DNA of 64,000 bases from an uncultured Candidatus Saccharibacteria bacterium (GCA_963456685.1 CAUOPB010000001.1:57511-121510); one strand, 5' to 3'; shown: positions 41,593 to 52,334, counted from the stretch's first letter. A program made the numbers and translations. The notes: generated from the letters alone by a model not told the origin.

Positions 41593-43675
41593 AATGCTCC
41601 CTCATGTCAAATTCAGCCTGTTTGCCATTGTTCCACTGAGCAACCGGACGCAAGAAACCGACTACCCGCGAGTAAACCTCAGTCGCTTCGCCGCAATTCG
41701 GACACTCTGGATGCTCTCCGACGATATAGCCGTGATTGGTGCAAATCGAGAAGCTTGGCGTGAAGGTAAAGTACGGCAATTTGTAGTTTTCGCAAATTGT
41801 CTTGACCAATTTCTTGAGTGTTTGTGGATCATCCATTCGCTCACCGAGGAAGAAGTGAATCACCGTACCGCCAGTGTATTTGGTTTGCAAATTATCCTGC
41901 AAATCCATCAGCTCAAACAAATCATCAGTGTAATTGACCGGCAAGTGGCTGGAGTTGGTGTAGAACGGATGCTTGACTGCCGCACCCAGGCCATTAGCAA
42001 AGTGTGCTCGATCAGGGAAGCTGGCTTTGTCAATTTGAGCCAAACGGTAGGTTGTACCCTCAGCCGGCGTTGCTTCCAAATTGTAATTATTGCCCGTTTC
42101 TTTCTGGTACTCCACCAAACGATCGCGCATGAAGTCAAGCGTCTTCTCGGCAAACGCCTTACCCTTCTCAGTACCAATATCAACGCCCAGCAAATTCAAT
42201 GCCGCTTCGTTAGTACCAATCAAACCGATGGTTGAGAAGTGATTTTTCCAGTACTCGTTGAAACGCTTTTTAATATCGCGCAGGTAAAACTTGGTGTACG
42301 GATACAGGCTGATATCCGAATCGGTCAGCTGCTCCAGCACCTTGCGTTTGGTCTCCAGGCTGTCGCGCGCCATATCCATCAATTCGCCCAGACCCTTGAA
42401 AAACTCTTTCTCGTTCTTTGATTTCAGCGCCAGCCGCGGCAAGTTAATCGTCACCACACCAATTGAACCGGTCATCGGATTCGAACCAAACAGACCGCCG
42501 CCGCGATACTCCAGCTGGCGATTATCGATGCGCAAGCGACAGCACATCGAGCGCGCATCCTCTGGATCCATATCGGAATTGATGAAGTTGGAGAAATACG
42601 GAATGCCGTATTTGGCGCTAGCTTCCCAAAGGTTTTCAATGACCGGATTATCCCAGTTGAAATCCTTGGTAATATTGACTGTCGGAATCGGGAAGGTAAA
42701 GACTCGACCGTTGGCGTCGCCCTCAGACAGCACCTCCAGCAGCGCCTTATTAAGCATATTCATCTCTTCCTGATAATCGCCGTAGTTGGTATCCTGCATC
42801 TCGCCGCCGATAATCACCGGGTTGCCAGCCATGTGCTTCGGGCATTCCAGATCAAGCGTGATGTTGGTAAACGGCGTCTGGAAGCCAACCCGCGTTGGTA
42901 CGTTGACGTTAAAGACAAATTCTTGCAGCGCTTGCTTGACCTCGTCATAGCTCAGCTTATCAGCGCGAATGAACGGCGCTAAGAGCGTATCAAAGTCAGA
43001 GAACGCCTGAGCGCCAGCCGCCTCGCCCTGCAGAGTATAGAAGAAATTGACCACCTGGCCCAGTGCCGAGCGGAAATGCTTAGCCGGCTTGGAAGCAACC
43101 TTGTTTTTAACGCCAGTGAAACCTTGGCGCAGTAAATCCATCAGATCCCAACCGACGCAGTAGACACTCAGTAAATTCAGGTCGTGAATATGCAAATCGC
43201 CCTCTTTATGCGCCCGGCCGATTTTCGGCGAATAAATCTTATCCAGCCAATAGGTCTTGGTAATTTCCGCCGAAACGTAATTATTCAAACCCTGCAAACT
43301 ATAGCCCATGTTGGAATTTTCTTTGACTTTCCAGTCCAAGTTGTTGACGTATTTATCGATCAAATCGACGTGCGCATTGGAAGTAATTTCACGCAGTTTT
43401 TTATGCTGGTCGCGGTAGATGATGTAGGCCTTGGCGGTTTTCTTGAACTTGGAATCAATCAAGATATCCTCGACGATGTCTTGGATTTCCTCAACACCCG
43501 GCACGAGACGCGTCTGGCGAGCTTCTAACTGTTTAAGTACTTTATCGGTAAGCTTAGCAGCGGCTTTTTCGTCGAATTCGCCAGTTTCAGCGCCAGCTCG
43601 AGCAATCGCTTTAGTGATCTTGGAAGCGTCAAACTTCACTTTACGGCCGTCGCGCTTTTTGATTGTTTGATACAT
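41540..43675 (-). CDS. nrdD: Class III ribonucleoside-triphosphate reductase with ATP cone
   Basis: IKKRDGR ATP cone, SMCCRL, EATPAEG, YTGGT, CPNCG, glycyl-radical motif YSRVVGFLRP. Confidence 0.95.
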   Translation of the reverse strand: MYQTIKKRDGRKVKFDASKITKAIARAGAETGEFDEKAAAKLTDKVLKQLEARQTRLVPGVEEIQDIVEDILIDSKFKKTAKAYIIYRDQHKKLREITSNAHVDLIDKYVNNLDWKVKENSNMGYSLQGLNNYVSAEITKTYWLDKIYSPKIGRAHKEGDLHIHDLNLLSVYCVGWDLMDLLRQGFTGVKNKVASKPAKHFRSALGQVVNFFYTLQGEAAGAQAFSDFDTLLAPFIRADKLSYDEVKQALQEFVFNVNVPTRVGFQTPFTNITLDLECPKHMAGNPVIIGGEMQDTNYGDYQEEMNMLNKALLEVLSEGDANGRVFTFPIPTVNITKDFNWDNPVIENLWEASAKYGIPYFSNFINSDMDPEDARSMCCRLRIDNRQLEYRGGGLFGSNPMTGSIGVVTINLPRLALKSKNEKEFFKGLGELMDMARDSLETKRKVLEQLTDSDISLYPYTKFYLRDIKKRFNEYWKNHFSTIGLIGTNEAALNLLGVDIGTEKGKAFAEKTLDFMRDRLVEYQKETGNNYNLEATPAEGTTYRLAQIDKASFPDRAHFANGLGAAVKHPFYTNSSHLPVNYTDDLFELMDLQDNLQTKYTGGTVIHFFLGERMDDPQTLKKLVKTICENYKLPYFTFTPSFSICTNHGYIVGEHPECPNCGEATEVYSRVVGFLRPVAQWNNGKQAEFDMREHYDDAAEHQRANAVAVPA

Positions 43676-43757
43676 ATTACCCTCCTGAATGCATCATTAA
43701 AACGCTCCGGATCTACCCCTGCGGAGCGACACTTAATCGTGTATTTGTTTTACGAAA

Positions 43758-43805
43758 ACACCATATGTAGTGCTTACATACAAATGTACACCCAATATAT
43801 AGTGC
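43758..43805. promoter_or_regulatory. Tandem NrdR boxes
   Basis: ACACCATATGTAGTGC (43758-73) and ACCCAATATATAGTGC (43790-805), 32 bp apart, resembling the acaCwAtATaTwGtg consensus, upstream of nrdD. Confidence 0.85.
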
Positions 43806-43858
43806 TAGTCAAGGTTTTTACATTGTATTATTTACATTTGCACAGTCAACTAGTTTAA

Positions 43859-44875
43859 TCATATTCGCTTGGTAAATATCATCGCCCGATGATCGCGAGT
43901 TTGCGAGTTTTTTATCCACTCCCCAGCGCAAGTCATCAGATTCAAGCCTTCAGACACACCATCAGCTGGACGCATAAAACTATTCATATCAACATCAGAT
44001 AGCTTAATTATTTGTTTTTTAACCACCTGGTAGCGCAACATTTGGCCGTTGCCGCGTTCAACACTGACTGTATCGCCAACATTTAGCGACTCTAGCTTAT
44101 TAAAAATTCCCCCCAAAGTCATACCAGATGCGTGGCCAATAATAATAGATGCTCCCGGCTGCCCCGGCTTGACGCTGCCAGTATACCATCCTGTATCAAA
44201 AATATTGACAGGCGATTGCATTGAGCCGTCGGCATTAACGCTCATCGGCAATACTCGAGCTTTAACCCCTAGCTTCTCAATAGTAATCACTCTCGGTAAA
44301 TCTGCAGCTACCTTGTATTTAGCGATGGCGTCGCCAGAAACTTTTGTTTCGTCTTTACCTTCATTGCTCCGTCGATCATTCGGGTCATCGCTGCGTGCAG
44401 CCACCGTCGCTGTATTCACAGTATCTTTTATCCGATTATTTAACAGCCAAGAGTCAACCAGTGAATATACCGAAACCAGCAAGAGAATCGACGCCGCAAC
44501 ACCAGATAATTTCTTGCGAAAATTACCGCTCATGATTTCTTTTAAGCGCCGCTTGGTGGAGCGTTTTTCACCGCCCATTTGGCTAGCAGCTGTTAGTTTT
44601 TCATAAATAATAAGCAAGCGAGCTGTCCGAGCCAGCTTTCTATTAATTCTCGTATAATCTCTAGGTTTTTTGTTTTGGAGAGACTGCTCTTTTAGACTTG
44701 GCGAGGCAGGCTGCACTGCGATATCCATAACTCGCTTCATACTCGGCTGGCCAGCAGCGCCCGCTACAACATCATTCACCAATCTGCGCCGCGGTACGAC
44801 TACCCGGCCTCGTGCTTTTGGCAGTACCTCCAGACTACGAGCAACTCGTTCTCTTTGCGTCATTGCTTGCTTCAT
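43859..44875 (-). CDS. Class F sortase
   Basis: TM segment; GWYTGSVKPGQPGASIIIGH, LNLMTCAG, DHR catalytic motifs. Confidence 0.88.
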   Translation of the reverse strand: MKQAMTQRERVARSLEVLPKARGRVVVPRRRLVNDVVAGAAGQPSMKRVMDIAVQPASPSLKEQSLQNKKPRDYTRINRKLARTARLLIIYEKLTAASQMGGEKRSTKRRLKEIMSGNFRKKLSGVAASILLLVSVYSLVDSWLLNNRIKDTVNTATVAARSDDPNDRRSNEGKDETKVSGDAIAKYKVAADLPRVITIEKLGVKARVLPMSVNADGSMQSPVNIFDTGWYTGSVKPGQPGASIIIGHASGMTLGGIFNKLESLNVGDTVSVERGNGQMLRYQVVKKQIIKLSDVDMNSFMRPADGVSEGLNLMTCAGEWIKNSQTRDHRAMIFTKRI

Positions 44876-44885
44876 TATAGCTAAC

Positions 44886-44921
44886 AGGCACGCCTCGCGT
44901 CAAACCGCTTACGGCGTGCCT
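44886..44921. other. Perfect 9-bp inverted repeat between surface-protein and sortase genes
   Basis: AGGCACGCC...GGCGTGCCT. Confidence 0.5.
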
Positions 44922-44951
44922 GCCTCCAATCTTAATCGTTATAAGTCTTGG

Positions 44952-46538
44952 TTATTTCTTGCCAAAACTCTTTCGTTTTGCCATGAATAGCAGGATTGCT
45001 GCCGAAGCCACACCAACGATAGTTCCAGCCAGATTAACTGCTACATTTTCGCCGCCCGTATTTGGAGCCTTCGGACCCGTCGAATCATTCTGCGCCGTTA
45101 GTACAACATCGTTGCCATCGCCGCCGACATAGCTAATCTTGAAGGTTGCGCCATCCACAGCGAACTCTGCACCCTCGGGCAAACCATTGAATGTCCCTTG
45201 AACCGGAGCGCTACCGTTATTGTTGATAATCGTAAAGGTATCACCCTTCTTGATGGTACCGCCAGGCAGATATACCAGCTCTAATTTTGAAGAATTACCA
45301 CCGTTGCTAAGCTGGACGCTCTGCGCAACAATCTGATCATAATGATCTTTGTCTAGAATTTCTGCCTTGTATACGCCAGTACCCTGCATAGAAAAGCTAT
45401 TCAGTACAGTAATCTTACCTGGCGAATTGCCTGGAGCAACGACACCTGCCACACTAAGATCTTTTACCGTAGCATTACCACCAAACACGCCGCCTTCATC
45501 GACATAAACGTCAGAACGACTGCCGTTTAGCAAGACTGTCTCACCCTTTCTAACACTTACCGACTCATTAGGTTTATCACCGTCCAATTTTATCAGCTTA
45601 GCTTCGTGGGCATTACCGTGCTGGCCATTCGGCGTACCGCTAGTGTTGTCCGAAGACTCAACCAGCAGAGTTCCCTCGTTATCCTTGTGAGCGACTAATT
45701 TGCCAGGTCCGCTAAGTTTGCCGGTAATCTTTACTGTCATATTCGAAAGTAGTTTATATTCAACATTGCCATTGAGCACAATATCGCCAGATAGAACTGT
45801 TGTTACGTTCGAAGAACCGCCGCCAGAGCCCATACAAGTTATCCCATCAGAAATCATCGCGCCGTTTTCGAAGGTAATTTTACTGGAACTTGTTTCGTTA
45901 TCAACGAAGCTAATATCTATTTGACCGCCACTCTTGACTGTGATATTATTAGCGCCTTCTAGCGGTACGCTAGCGTTTTCGCCAACAATTTTCTCTGAAG
46001 CTTTTATATAGCCACTTATATTGTTACACCCACTATTAGCAACCTCAAAACGGTTAATCGTCGGCCTGCTAGTGAACTTGCCGTCAAATCCGTTAGATTT
46101 CAGGTTTGATAAGCCAGTTATAGCACCTGAAACGTAAATACGAGGAATTTTATCTTCATCTTTATCGCCAGCGCTAGTGTGTCCGCCGCTAAACTCAGCA
46201 TCCGATGTAAATTTCAGCGTATCAATCGTATAGCTAGCACATGTCGGACTAGCGGTAACGTTGTTCATTTTTTGAGCATCCAAGCCCGACAAAGCAACAT
46301 TCAAATCATTCTGAATCGTCTCGCTAGCTCCGTTGGCACATGTAAATACCAGCTTAGCGCCCTCTGTTGGTACTTGGCCGTCTTTCCAGTTGCCAGCAGT
46401 TGACATTTTGTGGTCGCCAGCAGCGCCCGTCCACGTGAATGCAGTCGGCGCAGCATTGGCTGGCGCGTTAAATACCACTGCGCCAACAACAGCTGCCACT
46501 GACACAGCACTAGCCAATTTGACATAGGGAACACCCAT
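44952..46538 (-). CDS. Secreted beta-rich surface protein/adhesin with LPXTG-like sorting signal
   Basis: Signal peptide (PANA-A); WTGA...WKDG; VAPGNSPG; GTFNGLPEGA..ISYVGGDGNDVVLT; APNTG + TM + basic tail. Confidence 0.85.
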   Translation of the reverse strand: MGVPYVKLASAVSVAAVVGAVVFNAPANAAPTAFTWTGAAGDHKMSTAGNWKDGQVPTEGAKLVFTCANGASETIQNDLNVALSGLDAQKMNNVTASPTCASYTIDTLKFTSDAEFSGGHTSAGDKDEDKIPRIYVSGAITGLSNLKSNGFDGKFTSRPTINRFEVANSGCNNISGYIKASEKIVGENASVPLEGANNITVKSGGQIDISFVDNETSSSKITFENGAMISDGITCMGSGGGSSNVTTVLSGDIVLNGNVEYKLLSNMTVKITGKLSGPGKLVAHKDNEGTLLVESSDNTSGTPNGQHGNAHEAKLIKLDGDKPNESVSVRKGETVLLNGSRSDVYVDEGGVFGGNATVKDLSVAGVVAPGNSPGKITVLNSFSMQGTGVYKAEILDKDHYDQIVAQSVQLSNGGNSSKLELVYLPGGTIKKGDTFTIINNNGSAPVQGTFNGLPEGAEFAVDGATFKISYVGGDGNDVVLTAQNDSTGPKAPNTGGENVAVNLAGTIVGVASAAILLFMAKRKSFGKK

Positions 46539-46698
46539 ATTGTTTTTCTCCTGTACACATTTGTGTTTTAATTTAGTTTACGCTTTTATGCTAGCATTAC
46601 TTAACAATTTTTTCAAGTATTATCGTATAAAATACAACGAAAATTACACGCTTACCCTAATGTTTGCTGCAATAGTAAAACTATTTATAAAATCTATT

Positions 46699-46752
46699 TA
46701 AAAAGGCCTTGACTTAACCTGTCGAGGCCGTTTGCCCGGTATACCAGGCAAT
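46699..46752 (-). terminator. Hairpin plus intrinsic terminator, probably the original tRNA-Asn terminator displaced by integration
   Basis: Minus strand: TTGCCTGG-TATA-CCGGGCAA, then GGCCTCGAC-AGGTTAA-GTCAAGGCC-TTTTT. Confidence 0.65.
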
Positions 46753-46886
46753 TTATCTATCAATTTGGCTCGCACTAGCAAACACGTTGCGAACTGAAAG
46801 CTTAGAATATGATGACCATAGAATAGGTATGATAAAGGAAGTTTTACGTAGCCTGTAATATGCTTTATGGTTTCAAAATACGTAGC

Positions 46887-47117
46887 TATGCTGATGGTAC
46901 GTTCTGGGTGGTCTTTGAAGTAAATACTTCCCTCACCCAGTTGCTTTACCATTTCAGCTTTGAGCATAAGCTCCCAAGCATTACACACAAAGAAAGCAAA
47001 GCCCTCTACTCGATACTTCAGAGTTGGCTTATTGAACACTTCCAGTCCCATAATAAAGACTTCACGGCTTTTTTGGACTAACTGTTCAACCAATTTGTCT
47101 TTTGACTTTTTACTCAC
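46887..47117 (-). pseudogene. Truncated DUF3644-like gene (N-terminal ~77 aa)
   Basis: FNKPTLKYRVEGFAFFVCNAWELMLKA; the rest of the ORF runs across the element boundary and looks non-homologous. Confidence 0.6.
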
Positions 47118-47502
47118 ATAGTTATTTTATCACTTTGCTATGAGGTACGGTAGCAAGCCCCCTATGCCTAAGGCTTTTTTGTCAGGAAAGTCCGTAAACG
47201 CACATACTACCTAAATTTTTATAGCTAACAAAGTCAGTACGCTTTCCGCTTTGCCCAACAGTACTACACAACAAACAGTGGTTAGATTGTTGGGAATAAG
47301 TTGTTCGCTAGAGGGGGTAGTCGCCCTTTACTTTGGCGTTTAGACACTCCGCCTATGAAATGGTAAATTTCGGGGCTACTTTTGACCAAGCGTTTTTTGA
47401 ACAGGGTCTTCCGACCGTTCGCCCTTTGCTAGACGCTCCTGTGCCATATATAATGACAGCTTCGCCAGCTCGTGTAACTGCTCAACAAGTTCAGCCACGC
47501 CT

Positions 47503-50340
47503 TCATCGGTCCAAAAGTTTTGCCTGAAAGTCTAAGGCAAAATCTTCTTCGCCTCGCTTGTCGCTATTGTAGAACTTGAACCCTAACGGCTTCACCTCTT
47601 TGTAGCCGTGCTTGCTTACTTCTTCCAGATACTCACGGTAGTTACGACTATCACCGTCTTCAGCTTCAAACACCACTTCACTATCATCAGTTAGGCTTAT
47701 CAAGGCTTCTTCTTTCCATAAATCCTGCTCAAGAATATGACCGCCCTTAGGCTCAATCAAACACTGGTAGTACATCTCGCCACTGTGTACATCGTTCACA
47801 ATCAGCATATAGTCAGGGCTGAACCTGCGACCGTCTTGAGGGCTAAACAGCCAATAGTCTAGTTCGTTTCGTATGAGGTATATTTCAGCGCCCCTATACT
47901 TTGCTCGCAAGTCGCCAATTTGACTAGCAACATACTTCACGAACTTCTTTTCCTCGCTCGTGCCATAGTTTTCACTGTAAGCGTACCAGTCAGCCGTTTC
48001 TATATCGTACTGAAGGTCGGGGTTGTCGTGGTTGCTTTGGGCTTTGGCACGTTCATCGGTACTCACAAACACCTTCTTACCTGTAGCAGGGTCTTCGGTC
48101 GGGAACGACATAAGGTAGATATTCTTTTCTTTGCCAAATACCGACGACAGCGATACTGGTCGGAACTTCTTGCTACCTGTTACTCGTGGCATATTCACGT
48201 CAATCGCTTTGCGCACCTCTGGTAAAATCACACCGACAAGTAGCTGCAACTTCTCGGTAGCGTTCAACTGACTGATACCTTTGCCCTCTTCATAGGTGTA
48301 TTTTATTTCGTAAAGCGGCAAGTATTTTTCAATCAACTCATCAACCGTCTTGATACCAACAACGTGTTCACAGAGGTTGTTATAGCGGAAAAAGCCAGCT
48401 TCAGCCGCCACCAACGCCTTGCGAATAATAGGCAACGGGAAAAACTCTTCTGTAATACGAATAACGTCAACCTTTTGACCTGCAACAATCTGGTTTTGCT
48501 CAAAATCCGACAAGCCCCTTGCTCGCAGGTTATACGAACCAGCTTTTATAATACGCTTGAACGTCGTGTCAATTTCATCACCCTTTGTTTTGGTACGCTT
48601 GACAGTCTGATTGACCAGCACGAAGCCCTTTTGATACGTTTCGCTTTCAAGGAACTTTTGTTTCATTGTGATGGTCTTCTTTTCGACACCCTCACTGATA
48701 ATACCCTCGCCCAGCAAATCACGCTGAAGGCTCTCAAGAAACGTACCAGTTTTGACGAAGTGATACACAAACGTTTCTAGCACACGTCCTTTATCATAGG
48801 GGTCGTTGTCGAACTTTCGCTTGTACTTATCAAACTCAAGGTTGCGAGTAGCAAACAGGCTAAGCATATTGTCTTCTTCGCTATCTCGCTTATACGAGCG
48901 TGGTAGTTCATACGGGTTATATCTTGCACCACGACCAATCAGCTGAATATCTTGCAGCGACACCTTTTTACTCTCGGAAATATCAAAGTGAATAATATCA
49001 TATAACCCCAGCACGTCCCAGCCTTCGTTTAGGGCATTGACCGAAAAGATGGCTCGTATTGTGTTTCGTGGGCTGTCCAGCAACGGCAATAAGTCCGCTT
49101 TTTCCTTCTTCTGGCTGTTGTATATCAGCGTATTATCGTGGGCAAAACTAGACCGTATTTCAGCCGTAAACGCCTTCAAGCCGTCCCAATCACCACCTGA
49201 AATAAACCCTGCTTCTTTGGACGCCAGCCAATTGAACATATCAGCCAATATCTCGTGTTCACGATTCTTATTCTCACGCCCTAGTTCCCTCAAGCGGTTC
49301 AAGTCTTCGGGTCGCAAAGAGCCAATCACATTATCAAAAAACTTGCGGTCTTCTTCGCTTTGGGCAATTTTCATGGACTTGATAAGCACTATCGGACTGA
49401 TGGTTATACCCATTACACGTTCAGCCAGCAACCTGCGGTATTCACTCAACGCAACGGCATTTATAATCAAAAGACGCTTCTGGTCTTCGGTATGAACCTC
49501 TTGGTTGAATAGGAACTTTACGTCCTTGCTGTACCCGTCTTTGTTGAACGCCAAAAAGTCGTAGCGATGAACAATCTTATCTTGATACTTTTCGTGTATT
49601 GCCTGATTAGCAAGGTCAACCGTAGCAGTAAACTCTAATAGCATATTACCTTCACGGGCTTTCATTGCCGATAGTACCGCCGTTTCCCAGTTCTTTACCT
49701 CTACGGCTTCGGTCTTGGTCTTCTTACGAGTTTCTACGTTTAGTGAGTGGGCTTCGTCAGCAAGTATGACTACGTCATTGTCTACAAAGTCATCAAAAAT
49801 AATCCCGTTTTCCTTATCTTCGTTCAGCCTGTTATAGAGCAACTGTGTACTGAAGAACATAAAGTTGATGGCGTTACGACTACTATCAGCAACGCTACCA
49901 ACCGCCCTTATTTCAACATTTTGACCGTTGATTTTGATACCTTTAGGGTTGAACAGATACTTTTCAAACTTATAGTCAGTGAAGTTGCGGACAGCTTGCT
50001 TGATTATGTTATCCCTATACACCAAGAACAGGAAGTTGCGGTAGCCCTTCTCGTACAGATACAGCACAACAGACGCCATTACCAACGTCTTACCCGTTCC
50101 AGTCGCCATATTGAACAGTAAGTGCTTAGCACTTGCCCTATCGTGGTCGTAGAGCCATATAAAGTGCTTCAAGGCGTTCTCTTGATACTCTCGCAGTGTC
50201 TTGGTTGGGTGTAGGTTATCAGTGATGTAGTCGGGTATCTGGTAATATTTTGCCCACTGCTGGTAGTCAGGGTCGCTTTCTATTTTATTGAAAAGAAAGC
50301 TATCTAGTGTTTCACTGACCTTAGTTTTCGTTCGTGCCAT
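47503..50340 (-). CDS. res: Type III restriction subunit Res (second system)
   Basis: LREYQ, FNMATGTGKT, ADEAH, EFTAT, LNEGWDV, QLIGRGAR, FSPDY...IEPKG. Confidence 0.9.
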   Translation of the reverse strand: MARTKTKVSETLDSFLFNKIESDPDYQQWAKYYQIPDYITDNLHPTKTLREYQENALKHFIWLYDHDRASAKHLLFNMATGTGKTLVMASVVLYLYEKGYRNFLFLVYRDNIIKQAVRNFTDYKFEKYLFNPKGIKINGQNVEIRAVGSVADSSRNAINFMFFSTQLLYNRLNEDKENGIIFDDFVDNDVVILADEAHSLNVETRKKTKTEAVEVKNWETAVLSAMKAREGNMLLEFTATVDLANQAIHEKYQDKIVHRYDFLAFNKDGYSKDVKFLFNQEVHTEDQKRLLIINAVALSEYRRLLAERVMGITISPIVLIKSMKIAQSEEDRKFFDNVIGSLRPEDLNRLRELGRENKNREHEILADMFNWLASKEAGFISGGDWDGLKAFTAEIRSSFAHDNTLIYNSQKKEKADLLPLLDSPRNTIRAIFSVNALNEGWDVLGLYDIIHFDISESKKVSLQDIQLIGRGARYNPYELPRSYKRDSEEDNMLSLFATRNLEFDKYKRKFDNDPYDKGRVLETFVYHFVKTGTFLESLQRDLLGEGIISEGVEKKTITMKQKFLESETYQKGFVLVNQTVKRTKTKGDEIDTTFKRIIKAGSYNLRARGLSDFEQNQIVAGQKVDVIRITEEFFPLPIIRKALVAAEAGFFRYNNLCEHVVGIKTVDELIEKYLPLYEIKYTYEEGKGISQLNATEKLQLLVGVILPEVRKAIDVNMPRVTGSKKFRPVSLSSVFGKEKNIYLMSFPTEDPATGKKVFVSTDERAKAQSNHDNPDLQYDIETADWYAYSENYGTSEEKKFVKYVASQIGDLRAKYRGAEIYLIRNELDYWLFSPQDGRRFSPDYMLIVNDVHSGEMYYQCLIEPKGGHILEQDLWKEEALISLTDDSEVVFEAEDGDSRNYREYLEEVSKHGYKEVKPLGFKFYNSDKRGEEDFALDFQAKLLDR

Positions 50341-52060
50341 AGAATTTATCCGTCAAAGCTTTTTCGTCCGCTGTAACCTTGTGCCGTGTATCGTCCATAT
50401 CGGCATAGTTGAGGTATAGCTGATTCTCGTCTAGCACATCAGCCAGTGCTTCCTTGCGACCATCAAGGTCAAGTTGCCTGAAGTCTTCGTCTTTTTCAAA
50501 GTGGCTACGGTCAAACCAGAACTTCAAGAAGGCGTTGTTACGCATTTCAACGTAAATATCTTCAAGTTCCTTCAGGCTCGTGGCTTCCATAATACGGTCG
50601 ATATACTCTTGGTTGTACTTTTTCAGCTCGAAGTAAACGAACGAACCACCACCTTGCCAGCCAACAGCCTTGCTTACTCCTGTCTGGTCACCATTAACAA
50701 CATTTACTAAGCGTTTCTTTGTCAAATCTTCAATATAATCCATCTGTTCAATGCCAATCCATCTGCGACCCATTTTATGGGCAACAGCCGATGTTGTACC
50801 TGAGCCTAAACAAAAATCTAACACAATATCGTTTTCGCTTGTTGTCATTTCTAACATTCTCTTTATTTGAGCTTCTGGCTTTTTCCCACGAAGTAATGTA
50901 ACGCCGCCTTCTTTGGCAATTCCCTGATAATTCATATCAGTCCACAAGTTTGTAACAAGCTCAGCCGTGGTAAGTTCCCCGTCAATTTCACGCAGTTTAT
51001 CTTTATAGAATAGTATCCTGTTGCCCTTCCAGAAATACATATCAGAATAACCCTCTCGGTTGATACGATAAACTTTACTTCCATCTGCCTTAGAAACGTC
51101 AATTGCATTCTGGACATCTTTGCCAACATTCTTATAGTCAGGCTGAGCAAACCTTATAATTTGTTTTGCGTATTTTTCAATACTTTTCTCTTTATCAAAC
51201 CCATATTTACCTTCGGCAATCTTGAGAGGTATGAACTGCCACTGTTGAAAATCATCATCGATATTTTCTATGAACTGCGAATATGCCTTGTCATAACCTC
51301 TTTTTTGGTAGACGGGCTTATAATCCCACTTAGACTTGTCTTTAGCATATGCAATAACGTAGTCACAAACTTGAACGGGCGTAGGATTTATAGCTTTGTG
51401 ACCAGTAGCAGACCCTCTTTTTACAACCGCCTGAATTATGAAGTTACTAGAACCATAAACCTCATCACATAACACTTTTAGGTAGTGTACCTCATTATCA
51501 TCAATACTAATCCATATACTTCCGTCATCAGACAAAAGCTCTTTCGCAACCTCTAGCCTGTTCTTCATAAACGTTAGCCAGCCAGAATGATTGAAGCTAT
51601 CGTTGTAACGGAAGCCATCGTTCCCTGTATTGTAAGGTGGGTCAATGTAGATGAGTTTCACTTTACCAGTCAAACGACTTTTGAGGGTATAAAGAGCCAG
51701 CAGGTTATTACCCTTGATAAGTAGGTTCTGCTTCAGCTCGCCATCTTCATCAAAGAAGGAAATATCACTACTCGCAGTCAGCGACCTTTCACCATCCTTA
51801 TCAACGTAACGAAAATCGGTCAGTACTTTTGGTTCTTCCAGTGTGTCTATATCTTTACTGTCTATATCAATCTGAAGGAAGCGTTCTTCACGCCCCTTAT
51901 CTTCTTTGCTCATACCCGCTTCTAGGACTGTATCTTTGAACGGAAAATTCAGCACTACTTCGGTATCGTTTTTGATGAAACTACCCTTGCTATTGCTAAA
52001 CAAGCCAATCTTGTTGCTGTACTTGGTATATCGTCCTTTTTTCAGTGAATTATCTGCCAT
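50321..52060 (-). CDS. mod: Type III N6-adenine methyltransferase Mod (second system)
   Basis: IKGNNLLAL, IYIDPPYNTG, GKKPE, VLDFCLGSGTT, WIGIEQMDY. Confidence 0.92.
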   Translation of the reverse strand: MADNSLKKGRYTKYSNKIGLFSNSKGSFIKNDTEVVLNFPFKDTVLEAGMSKEDKGREERFLQIDIDSKDIDTLEEPKVLTDFRYVDKDGERSLTASSDISFFDEDGELKQNLLIKGNNLLALYTLKSRLTGKVKLIYIDPPYNTGNDGFRYNDSFNHSGWLTFMKNRLEVAKELLSDDGSIWISIDDNEVHYLKVLCDEVYGSSNFIIQAVVKRGSATGHKAINPTPVQVCDYVIAYAKDKSKWDYKPVYQKRGYDKAYSQFIENIDDDFQQWQFIPLKIAEGKYGFDKEKSIEKYAKQIIRFAQPDYKNVGKDVQNAIDVSKADGSKVYRINREGYSDMYFWKGNRILFYKDKLREIDGELTTAELVTNLWTDMNYQGIAKEGGVTLLRGKKPEAQIKRMLEMTTSENDIVLDFCLGSGTTSAVAHKMGRRWIGIEQMDYIEDLTKKRLVNVVNGDQTGVSKAVGWQGGGSFVYFELKKYNQEYIDRIMEATSLKELEDIYVEMRNNAFLKFWFDRSHFEKDEDFRQLDLDGRKEALADVLDENQLYLNYADMDDTRHKVTADEKALTDKFYGTNEN

Positions 52061-52091
52061 CGCTCATTACGTCCTTCCAAATTTTTACTGT

Positions 52092-52277
52092 TTACTGACC
52101 TGCTTCCAAAAACTTCTTTATATCTTCTTTTTTGTATCGCCGTATTTTACGCTCTCCAATACGAATAGGTTTGAGCGTACCATTTTTGTCCCAGTTACGC
52201 AGAGTGTTCGGGTGTACCTTGAGTAGTTCACTGACCTGCTTCAGTGTTAGGTATTCAGATAGATTTTCGTCTGCCAT
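52092..52277 (-). CDS. Excisionase/MerR-like HTH DNA-binding protein
   Basis: YLTLKQVSELLKVHPNTLRNWD, RRYKKEDI. Confidence 0.88.
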   Translation of the reverse strand: MADENLSEYLTLKQVSELLKVHPNTLRNWDKNGTLKPIRIGERKIRRYKKEDIKKFLEAGQ

Positions 52278-52334
52278 ATAATATTATTGTATAATAAATG
52301 ACAAGAACTTGGTAGTTGAAAGATGTAATGAATA

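Noticed and set aside
46698..46886. C-terminal part of the 139-aa ORF 46698-47117
   Set aside because: Crosses the inferred attachment site and terminator; treated as read-through from a truncated gene.
47333..47527. 64-aa plus-strand ORF
   Set aside because: TTG start, overlaps the res end, no recognisable features.
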